From assembly GCA_002633005.1 (NCBI GenBank), contig NMRA01000833.1:1747-65746 (forward strand): a stretch of DNA of 64,000 nucleotides, read 5' to 3'. Below are positions 34,642-46,700 of the stretch, piece by piece. How positions within the stretch are numbered: position 1 is the first letter of the stretch; each line of letters starts with the position of its first letter. The DNA comes from Phoronis australis (Eukaryota; Animalia; Phoronida). The position numbers were made by a program, and so were the translations under genes. The notes below the pieces were generated by a model. The model was not told the DNA's origin. It saw only the letters and a program-made list of their open reading frames with translations, and searched no databases.

Positions 34642-34776
34642 ATATTAACGAGTGCATAGACCCCAACCTCAACAACTGTGACCCCGACAGAGGAACATGC
34701 ACCAACAGCGATGGAAGTTACACCTGCGGTTGTAAACAAGGATACGTTATTCAACCTGACAGATTATGCAGACCCG
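34642..34776 (+). CDS. Gene B exon, cbEGF
   Basis: ttaaag|AT...CCCG|gtgaga, 135 nt; [45 protein letters not shown]. Confidence 0.9.
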
Positions 34777-37700
34777 GTGAGAACATCTTTAATTTCGTAC
34801 GTAATGATTAGGTTACAGTTCTTAAAAAGAATTTTTAATGACATGGTCTTGCAAGGACAGCGCTGCAGTGCGGTAGTGCTTTATTGAAAATGTTGTAATT
34901 GATAGTAGAGTGGTGACGGCAATGTGACAGCGGTCTGGACTGACACTGTGGTGCTGTATGGTGATTTTGAGGCTTTTTAATGGTGCTGTAGTGGGGATAT
35001 GTTTCGGTAGTGGTGATATTGATGTTGTGAATGTGGTGGGGGAGGGGGTAATGAATACCTTCCAATTTTCCGACAGTCCGTTAGTATGAAAATCCATTAT
35101 TCCGAAAGTTTTGTAGTCTGAAATTCATTTGTCGGTAAGATTTCCATTTCTACGATTGCCCTTTGGTACGAAATTCCATTCACCGATAAATGAACCATGC
35201 GCCAGACGACCCATTTCGTGCTAGTACAAGGTGTGCTGTCGGATCGATACACCTTGTACCAGACGTGCGCAGGCCGCGCATCTGGGCCCATTACACTGAC
35301 CACATGGAACCATTTTAACCTTTATAAATACAAAGTTAAAACCGAGCTGAGGAGCTAGAAACTGACTCAAGGGTTAGCAGTGTGACGAGGGGTGCATCCA
35401 GGATTTTGTGTTAGTTAGAGGGGGCCAGGGCAGAGTATTAGCCAGGATTTTGCCGTCAGACAATCGCACCCACGAACTGCCAAATGGAATCTGGTAGAAT
35501 TTCGGGGGGGCGTGTCCCCCTTGGCACCCCTCTAAATGCGCCACTGGTGATCCAGTGGGACTCGAACCCACGACCTCGAGTAAAGAAAGCAGGCACCTAT
35601 CAAACTAAGTCACACTACCTCCTCAATTGGGATGTAAACTGTCACCGTACAGTGTCGCCGCGAAATGTATGGTCGTCTAAATGGTGATGTGCTGATGGTG
35701 AAGGTCGGGGGCGACGATAGAATTTTGTTGTCATCGTGGGAGGGTTGTGAGCTATGTTGAAACCGTGGCGATGAGAATGCAGTGATAAGTATGTGGTGTT
35801 GCGATGGATGATGGTGGTGGTGAAAATACTTTGTTGAGAGTGAGCTGTTGATGGTGGTAGCGGCGGCGATGATGGTGATGTGACGGCAGGGATCTCGGTA
35901 TGCCGAAGATGATGTACAGGTAATGGGCGTGCTGAGTTGTGATACGGTGTGGCCAGTATGGTTGGATGAGTTAAAAGTGTGACGGAGAAAGTGCTGCGGT
36001 GGTGACAAGCGGGGAGCTTGTTGATGTCAGACGAAATCATTATGGCATCATAAGTATTTAACTAATGGAGGCCTCATCAAAACCGGAAATTACTGCCATT
36101 CTATTCATATCTACAGTACAACTACATCAATTTAGCTTATCGCCACGGGTTACGATCTCCGAGCCAGGGTTTTACTGAGCGTCCTCAATCTTGGATTAAA
36201 AGCGCTTTTAGAGACTCGGCAAGATCTTGCAGCTCGTTATCAGTCTACCTCAGCAAATAGCTTTTGATATTGCATTCATCAACAGTCTTATAAACCCGGC
36301 TCACAAATCCCGCTAACCAACCACCAAACACGACAAAAACTCAGAAAACTCGACTTAACCACTCAAAACAAAGCTACGGACAACAAGTTTCACTATCCAA
36401 CGTTATGGTAGTTGGCTGGTCACGAACTACGAGCATTTGTTGGTCGATATATACATTGTACTACGTAGAATTGGACAATCATTCACAGCATAGCCCCTAA
36501 TGCCAATGCGAGAAGTTTTAAAAACAATTCCTAGTTGTTAGGAACAATGTGTAAAACTTTTATCTGAAAGTTTTAAGGGAATGCAATGAGCCATTTCTGA
36601 GGTAAGATGTACCAAATAGGATAACATTAAGGTTAACTAAGGTGCACTTTTTGTAAATAACTTTTGGATATGCAGATGGTGGAAAATGCACGGGAACAAA
36701 CGACTGTCACGCGTGGGCGAACTGCTTCAACTCAACAATCGGCATCATGTGTGTTTGCAGAGCGGGATATCAAGGTGACGGACGAAACTGTACAGGTAAA
36801 TACTTTACTTAAGTGGTAAAGCAGATTTCCTCTTGTGCATCAACACTTAATGTTCCATCAGATGAAGCTTATCCTTGAAAATGTATAGTATCACTAAATG
36901 TTCCATCAGATGAAGCTTTTCCTTGAACATGTACATTATCACTAAATGTTCAACCAGGCAAAGCTTACCGCTGAGCACCAAGAACGCTTTTTATTCTATG
37001 GTCTTGTTCGTGATGTTCGAGAATCGAGTGCCGACAGACAAGGTATCGCACATTTTGTCAGCGCGCGTCACTCAACTAGGCTTTTTCAGAGCAAGTGGAT
37101 AGCACTATGGAATCTTAACCAATAAGACTTCTCGTCAGTTAATTAACGTAAATCAATGTTACAATCTCTGAAATATGAGAACAAGGTTACGGCTACGAAA
37201 AAAAATACATCGACGCATTACACACAAGTCTGCTATGCATGTCTCACTTACATGTAAAAGATCCCATGCTATCTCATGAACCAAACAACAAAATCCCAAA
37301 TACTTTCAGGGCCGTTAATTAGCGACAAATGTACAAATCAGACGTCCACACACGCCGCGACATGATGAAACACACCTTGTCGCTGTACATTTATGACGAT
37401 ATAGTAGTGGGTGGACAGCCGAAACAGTTTTGTATTGGGAAATTTCACGCACTGGGATTTTTCGATGTTAATTGTACATTGTTTGCCAATGTTAGGCTTC
37501 GAATTTAATCACAAGTGTAATTTACCCCTAAAATCACCGAAAGCGATTATTAGGCAGAGTTGGTCTACAAATGTGTCTTGTGCCGACACAAATGCATACT
37601 CGTCACTAACCTTCCTGAATCATAGGTTTTATGAGCATCAGATTGATTGGAGATTTACATGAGCGGCCAATTTGTGCGCAACACCGCGAATTAGTCGGTA

Positions 37701-40700
37701 CAAGTCTTTAAATTGGCTGGAATTAAGCGAACCCTAAAACGTGTCGCATGTTCATCCACCGTTGAACAAGCGGCGAGTGTTTTCCCGCACCCAGCTTTCG
37801 AATTGGGTGGGCTCGAACTCCCGACGTTGTGGACCTTTTGCCAACAAAAGAGCGGGCGGACTAAAAAAAAAAGAAACGGGAGCACCTCTGTGAATTGCGC
37901 GATTGCGCTTATTTAGTGGACATTTCTCCCATTTTCTCGGACTTTTCGTCTCTCGGATGCGGACTTTTTTGCCCACTTTGCCAATTGAGGGGGGGGGGCT
38001 CGTTCGAGCATGATATAAGTTGTTACTATATCGGATTTTCTTCAATTAACAGACGTCAATGAGTGTCTGAGTCCGACGCGTTGTGATCCAAAGGCCCAAT
38101 GCATCAACACGCTAGGTGGATTCAAATGTATTTGCAATCCTGGTTACACAGGCCTTGGTAGAGAGTGTTTAGGTAAGGAGTTTACACATGCACTGGTAGA
38201 GAGTGTTTAGGTAAGGAGTTTACACATGTACTGGTGGAGAGTGTTTAGGTAAGGAGTTTACATATGCACTGGTAGAGAGTGTTTAGGTAAGGAGTTTACA
38301 CATGTACTGGTAGAGAGTGTTTAGGTAAGGAGTTTACACATGTACTGGTAGAGAGTGTTTAGGTAAGGAGTTTACACATGCACTGGTAGAGAGTGTTCAG
38401 GTAAGGAGTTTACACATGCACTGGTAGAGAGTGTTCAGGTAAGAAGTTTACACATGCACTGGTAGAGAGTGTTTAGGTAAGGAGTTTACACATGCACTGG
38501 TAGAGAGTGTTCAGGTAAGGAGTTTACACATGCAATGGTAGAGAGTTTGTAGATAAGGAATTTGCCATGTACATGTAATAACGAAATTGAATATTTCCGT
38601 TTAAACAATATCACAATATCTCAGGGACCTGTTTAGCGACAGAGGGAATCGTTCCATTCTCAAACTATCATGCAGGATACAAGACAAGTTCATTTCCTGC
38701 CAGCAGATGCCGGTTAGAAAGTTCATCTCATCATAGAACATATGAGAGTGCTATGACCTCTCAAATCATTGCTAAAACGAAAATTAACTTTTTATACTTG
38801 GCAATGTAATGTGGTGAGTGTTCAATTAGTGGAAATACTTTTACTTCAAATAGCGGAAGCAGCAACAACAGTAGTTGTCCTTTCTATTGTTAGTGTAAAT
38901 TTGCTTGTAGTAAAACGAGTCAGATAATTTTCAGATGTCGCTTTTGCATCGTCTTACTAGAATATATATGCAAATTTCCACGGTTTTAGTGATTTCCGAG
39001 TCGGTATCAGCGTGGAAATATAAAGATGGAGACGACTTTAGCCACTTCTTTTCAGTACTTGGATTATTTTTGAAATTTTCAGAAGTATTGAATGAAAATG
39101 GTCAATGCTATAACTTATTCCGTGAACAATTTAGGGAAGTAAGACGTCTAGTGAGGTAAATAGTTATAAGAACAAAAGTTGACGTTTTCAAACCGGCGAG
39201 ATCTTGTCAATTCACAAACGTGTTATTTTTACAAATTTAACGTACAAAAATAGTAACTATGATATTTTGCTTTGATATGACTTGAAGGCTGTAAGGGATG
39301 CATTCAGAGCTACGAATATAGACTATATATCGAAGCAACACTGTGCTGGCTCAAATTGACACAACTTCTGTATTGAGTCAATTTGGGTCAGCAATGCTGA
39401 ACGAGCGTGTCTATGTAAAATTGTGTAGTAACCTGTTACAACTTGTACGTGTTTGTGAGTGACGCAGCGTAGGAGGTGAACCAATCAAATTTGTCTCCTC
39501 AAAGGTTCGCTTAGTTGTGTTTTCCACTTATCAACAATTCGTATATTTCGCAGTAAACCAAGTTCTATTTTAATTAAGATATTGACGAGTGCCAAGACGA
39601 CAACAGTTGCCACGCTTATGCAGACTGCATTAATACTCCTGGGAACTTCACGTGCAAGTGCAAAAGTGGTTTCATTGGCGATGAAACAAGATGTGAAGGT
39701 AATATAATTTACGTAACTCCATCACATGTCAATCCGAAGACACGCTGGGGTTGTAAATTGCTACTATTGCTACATATTAGTGTCATTTCTATTCAAGATT
39801 TTTACTGATTATTCCAGACATCGACGAGTGTAGGGACCCCGGCATCAACAAATGTGACCAACATAAAGGAACGTGTACCAACACTATGGGGTCTTTCAAA
39901 TGTGGCTGTGTTCCGGGTTACGCACTGAAAGCCAATAACAAGTGCATAATGGGTAAGGGAGAGAAAAAGCAGAGTGTCTCGTTCCGTAAAGTAAAATACG
40001 AGTCAGAGCTATTGAAATCACGTGCTTTGTAGCACATGAGGAATTCGGTGATCTCGCCGTACTTTACAAAAACAGCCTGGAGGAATGAACACAAACGTCT
40101 AAATCAGGGGGAAAATCTGGGTGGTTTAGGAGTTTCTTACAATTATAGTTGAGCATCAATTTTTTCGCAAGTTACTGTTTTTAGCCAGTTCAATACATTT
40201 AAACACTCATACATCATATTGAGAAGAAAAAAATCCCACTGGCTGAAAATCATGAACAACGTACCAGGGTATCTAGGTATATGTTTGTTAAGCAAATCAA
40301 CAAGTCCACCAAAGGGTGGTCTGCTTAAATTAACATATATCTGTCCTTCGTACAAATTAGTTTAAGTACTTAAGTATTGTGTTAGATTTTGAAATTCCTA
40401 TTTCAAAATTCCAGTTTGACATCATTAGCTGTCTGAGAATGACGTCAAGGCATTCCGGGAGTTTCTGCTGATAAGCCAATGGGCATGCAATCGGAAAATG
40501 AAAATATAAGGTGTTTTACTTACATAAAATAAACGCCCGTTCGTTAATTCGGAAAAGAGAGCCGTGTAAACGGAAAGTCGTAGCTTTGGCTAAGCAAATG
40601 CCATCATTAAGAGCGATATGTATTTTTGTAAGTGAAACAGCCCTTCAGGGTTCGCCAACACTTTGTTAGTTTTTATAGATGATAAATGCTCCGCAAAACT

Positions 40701-43700
40701 GATTCTGTGACCAAAAGTTGGACTTCTAAGAAGAAATTTCCCGAATAAACTCCACACTATCTAGGCATTTGTCAGCAGAATTTTTACCACCAAATAAACG
40801 CCAAGTGCATTTATTCGGCAAAATGTTTCTAAATAAATGCCCATGGGCGTGTCATCGAGTGGGCTTCAAATCTGCGGAAAATCCCGGTAATGTTACGGAT
40901 ATAGATGTTCAATTCGCCTTTGCTTGTCGTTATATTAAAAATTAATGCACATCGAATTTGTATTAACATATTGCAGAAATGGAGAAATCCTGTGAAATGG
41001 GAGGGAGCATGTGCCCGGAAAATGCATTTTGCGACATCATGTTGAGAAAGTGCAGATGCAAAGCGGGTTATATGAAACATCAGTACAAATGTGAAAGTAG
41101 GTTGCAGGTCTGTTAGTGTGATTGTCAGTGACGTGTATGATGTACCTCAAACATGGATTCAGCCTATTGTTGCATGTACTGATTATGATTATATGGAGGA
41201 ATGCCTTGAATGCAAATAGCGGAGTTGCAAGGCCGCCATATTGGAAATGGGTCAGAATGTTGCACTGTGGTTAAGCCGGTAAACAAGTACGTCGGCAAGC
41301 GTGGGGTCGCACCGGCCACAAGGAGGTTATACTTGTTGTGTGCCTGGCATGCTATAATACCAGTTAACGAAATAAAGAATTTAGTTACTACCTGTTTCCC
41401 ATGCAAGGATCAAGAACTGCGTTGAACATGGGTCAAAGACATCGGTAGAGGTGGTAGCAAAGGCCGTCGACTTAGTGAATTCTTTCCGACTTCGTAGAAT
41501 AAAGTATGCAGCGTTCATTTTGAGGGCGGCAAAAAATATCTTGGAAAATGTCCAACAATATCTCCCTTCAAAGAAACAGTAACAAATACTCCACGGCGGT
41601 TGGTAATGAAAATAAAAAGTTGTTTTCGCTTGACCAGAACCAAGCCAACATGAGCAATTCTGAGGATAATGCCTCTGCACAATCATCTGTTATGCCTGGG
41701 TCAACTCACTTTAAGTACGCACACTTTCTTCACAATTGGTTGTTTCATTTTTTCAGAAAATTGTGCTGTAATCCCAGGGCGAAATCTTGCTGACAAATGC
41801 GTAGCTGCCGGTCTCGCAATCGTCGATAGGGCTTGAATTCTTGAATAAGAATACAGCTTCAATTCAACAAATTACCTGAAATCCTCCTCAAGGTTTCCGA
41901 ATAGCGTCTTTAAGATTTTCAAGTTCTTGTGGAGTCTGGATTAACTTCAGATTAAGTCCAAATGTGCTTGATTGTAGCCCGCAACACGAGAAAAATCTCT
42001 GGAGGAACAAACATGATGTTGTCACGTGACGTTTGTTTTGAAGTTTGTATGCGTGTGTGTGAGAGTAAGCGTGCGTGTGCTTGTCATCAGAGTTCCTTTG
42101 CCATAGTAAATGCGATGTAATGATCTAGGTGTGCATTGTATCCAAAGAAATTAACTCAAGCAGTCAAGCAGAGCGTGTTTTAATATTTAACTTAGCACTT
42201 GCTGGCCTCATCTGCTAAAAAACGTTCGAGAATTTTTTCGGTAAGACCGATATGTCACTCATTGAATCCCCGGGTGAGTAGGTGCGTGACCATAGTGTAA
42301 CAGCTATTTTCGGGAAGATTTGGGGTGTAAGGGTGCGAATCTATTCACTATCAGTGGGTCATTTTGACTTTAAAAACAATTATGATTAGTTAAATTATTT
42401 CTCTTAAAAATAATGCAAAATTTTTTACGGTATTAGAAACTTTCGGAAATTAGTGCCAATATTTATTTCTTGCCGGTGTTATGTTACCCGTTTCATGAAT
42501 AGATAGTTCCCGACTAAATGTCTTCGAAGACAGCCGGTACATTCTGCAGCGCGCGCATCTTGGCCGCGTGCTAACACTGGTCGAGTTATTTTATTAGTCT
42601 TCGATTCACGGTTTTCACGTCTACAAAGAAGTTTGGATTCCTGTTGCGGCCGGAGAAGATCTGTACCGGCAAGATACAATGCAATCCCGCCAACAAGTAC
42701 GCTGCGTCTGTTTTCAAAGTCCAAACCCGCGTAGTGGGGCACATCCCTCACAAAAGAAGCAAAACTTCTGCGTTCTTTTTGAATCGCGGCGTAAGTTTAA
42801 AGTGTATACGGACATAACGGTGAGGCTCGTGGTCAAATTCGGGACTGTCTGATTTTTCGATTGATAAATTGGAGACGTTAGAACTGTAGGTAAGGCATTT
42901 TTCGCATGTAGTTCATGGGCTGGGGGCTTACTTTAGAAAAGTCTGAAAACGCGTTAGGGCACTTATTGGGGCATGGGCGCTTATTAGGGCGGATTGCGGC
43001 AGAATTACATACAGCAGCGTAGTTTAGTGCACACAAATCACACGTCGTGCAAATGATTCCATGTACCCTAATCAATCTCAATAGCCTTTGCGCACCCAAA
43101 TTTCCGGATATGCGCAATCGTTAAATCGATTCGGTTGCAACTCCGGTATTATCATATCCCTATGTAGCTCTCAAACGTTTCGATTACAGTTGAAGACTCG
43201 GCTGGCGTGACTTAACCCTTTGGTTGAGTTAATTGCCTGTCGTGGGGAAACCCGCCCGTCTAAGCGGAAACTCCATATCCACGTTGTGGCAGTGAGAAAG
43301 TTTTGGTCTCGTTTCTGGTTTTGTCATTCAAACAAGCACTAGCTGTATCTGCAGGCGGCAGCACAAGTTTTGGATCAAATCATTAAATGCCCGTTTACAG
43401 AAAAATGTCGATACATTGCTGGTGATTAATTTTTTTGTGAAATTTGTTAGCGAAATACAATGATCAGGAAACGATTATATTAACGATGGTTCCCGTTCCC
43501 GGTGCCCCGACCCCCATCAGGGTTGAACAAAAATGTATCTTTGGGGAATGTGATTGATCCCCTATCGTGACATTCTAAATCCGACACTGTTTTCTCGTCA
43601 CAGAAAAACGTCAGAAAAAAATGTCTCACCGTTTCATCTATTGACGGAAATTACATGTAACACTTCCTGGTCACAAAATTCCGAAAATGTGCCACAACTT

Positions 43701-46700
43701 TGCTCTTCTACATTTTAGGTAAAGTAGTCGTTCCATGCGAGTCAGGAGGTCAGAAATGTCCAGAGAATGCAGTTTGTAATGGTGTGACCAAGGTGTGCGA
43801 ATGTAAACAGGGATTTATTTTGATAAAGGGCAAGTGTGAAGGTAAGCATGGCCATCACGTTCTGAAGCTGACGTACATGAACACGTGGTTTGGGTCTATA
43901 TACAGTGATGTCATTAAAAGGGGCCTACACACGTGATTTGCGAGTAGAATGGGTAATTATACCCGAAAACGTTTTAACTGGCGTCAACCATGGGAGAAAG
44001 AATTCTGCAGTGTGCTCACAGTAATTTTGTTAGGAGACCTTTTTCCGCTGACAGACCTTAAAAACGCGAAAAATCATAAGCAATCCTTTGAAACATTATG
44101 TGGCAAATCTGCCCCTTAGGTATGCTAACATGTGAGTTATTCACATTAAATATCACAAGAATTTTTAGCAAAAATCGAGCCCGATTCACATTTTTTTAAA
44201 CACAGACGAAACAAAGTCTCTCTCATCCCGATACAGTTTTTAAATTCACCACCCCTAATACATGTATTATACACGCTCCAAAACGAGGATCACTACGATT
44301 GCTCCGTTAAAAGGCTAATCGGCAAAACTTGTTCGAACGGCGATAGAAAAAAAAACGGATATTCAACTGTCTTTTTCACAATTCTTAAGACGTTGAGATT
44401 CATAAGCTTTAGGTCGATGCCATACGCCGCGAGTTGACCTACCTTTTGGGGAATACAGAAAACAATATAACGTTTAGCCGTATTGTACTCGGCTGATTCA
44501 ATGCTTGTGACTTAAAGGAGAATGCCTCCCGATTTAATTAGTCTTTTTTACCGTTTTAATCGGTCTATATTCACATCGCCTCTTATACAGTCGACCTCAC
44601 CTTTTTGAGAGGAGTCGCGTTAACCAGTGAGGAAGGTGAGAAACGACGCAGCGACGTCAGTGGTTCGTCCGCAAAGTGAATGCTGCTATATCGCGGTGCA
44701 TCGTTCCGATTGTCCGAACTATGAAGCTGCGAAGAAAGCGGGTGTATCGTTTTTTCACCTTCCTCGAGAGCCCGAAATGCTTAGGAAGTGGCTCGCGGTA
44801 ATGAAGAATGAAAGGTAGGCTGTAAATAGCAAGTATGAGGCCGTGAAACACCTCCGTGTCTGTGGCCGGCATTTCGTCGATAGTGATTTCTCTGACAAAA
44901 TACGGCTTACCAAAGAAATATCCACACGTTCCGTCGCCTGTGCATGTTCACGGTGCCTCTCTAGTATTCCATTATCAGTGTACTCCGGTACGAACTGATA
45001 GCCTGTGAAACCTAACGATCCTACCCGTGAAGTTTTCGTCGCCTGAGCTCTTGACTAAGTCGGGATTGGCATGGGGCGATTTGCCATGTAGACGTTTATT
45101 ATTCTGCGTTCTGTTTCAAAATGAATTATTCTCATCCTAACCGATTCTTTTATAAAACTGAAACAAATTCTGTCTCATTAGATACATTTTGTAATGCCTT
45201 GGAGTTCTCGTGAGTGCAATTGTTTTGAGAAGCCAGCAGTGAATAAACCACTGCATTACCGGCCTTTAATGCCAGCAACAAAGGTAATGGACCGGGCATC
45301 AAGTGGCAGGAATGTGCATCATATTTTGTGCAACAAAAACACCTTTTTTAAAAAAAAATGTGCAAGTGTAGACGTGGGAACTTTTTGGAATTTGATTTAT
45401 AGGTATATTATCTAGCCACATAGAAAAAACTAGGTTGCCCCCCCAAAGTACTCACAAGGATGAACGCTATGAGATCTTGCCCACCGACTAGAGGCCGTGT
45501 GAGCGCATGGTAATTCAGTGTTTGCTGACAGATAACTGTTGTGAAACAATTAGAACTACTCGATTTTAGATGCTATGGTCACAAGTTTGGGTAATCTTTA
45601 TTTAGAAATACAAATACATTATTCAAATCATTGTTACTGTACAACCTTTGCCCTGATGGGAACGAGAACCCGACTTCGCGGCCCCCGACAAGTAAGTAGA
45701 TTTTCAGTTTCGTGAAATAATTCGCTTAATATTAAATGGTTCGTGCACATTATTTTTTGGCTCACTGATATAGTCTTTTCGTGACTGCAGGAGGTTTAGT
45801 TTCCTACTCAAGCTGGTTTATGTTCGTGCCAGTCCGTGACGGGCCTGATCGGGTTCCGAGCCACTGGCCGGGATAACAAGCGATTTGTGTGTTTAGAACT
45901 AAAAAAATCACTAGTATAAACAACACAGATCTAGGTTCTACTGTCTGTGTTTCACGAAAAAATACTTCAAATTTATCTCCGAACAGACCCCCTGCTACGG
46001 ACCTTGAAAAATTGGCCCGGCTGCCGAACTTTGTAGGCTACGGTGTGTCCAGATACCAGTAAATCCGTAACAGCGAAATAAAATACGTTTTTATTAGAAC
46101 TCGGTGTATTTTTAAGGGTTTTGCATCGAAGTTTTATGATTTATTGGTGTTAAACGCTGAATGCAAGCGATAGTCTGACACCACTAACCCGTGTTGGGAA
46201 CTACTGAACAGACTGCGTGTGAAACCAATTACGTCGATTGGATGATTCCAACAACTCCGTCTGCCGTCAGGTGTCAGGTAACGCAACCGAACATGCCGTT
46301 ATCGAGTAGAACTACTCGATCTAAATTGATACAAAATAGGTTGTTTTTTGGGTGGCATTCTCCTTAAATGACAGGAGTACATGGTTTTCGTGTGGCTGAG
46401 ATTTTGGGAGAACAATTTAATACCTATGTAAATCTAATGATTTAATTTTAGTGTGGTTATCTGACCTTTTTATTTCCGTTCATCTATGCCCATTCCCTGA
46501 AATGTTTTAGATACGAGCACAGTGCCTTGCGAGTTTGGAGGTTCAATGTGCGTCGCCAACGCAGTTTGCAACTCCTTGAAGAAGCAATGCATATGCAATG
46601 CTGGATACATGAAACATCAGTTGAGATGCGACAGTAAGTAAGCATCCAGTTCATACAACAGAAAGCAATCCAACAGAACGTCATTTCCTTCTTAAGGAAT

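Larger units (their letters stand above)
34870..36040. repeat. Degenerate (GGT/GAT)n low-complexity tract split by insertions
   Basis: GGT/GAT/GTG-rich at about 34870-35050 and 35650-36040; source of the His/Thr-rich minus-strand ORFs. Confidence 0.65.

Noticed and set aside
35547-35615. tRNA gene
   Set aside because: A good T-arm/B box but no convincing anticodon arm or full acceptor stem; better explained as a SINE head.
35610-36040. His/Thr/Ser-rich 132-aa minus-strand ORFs
   Set aside because: They arise from degenerate GGT/GAT low-complexity DNA in an intron of the opposite-strand gene.
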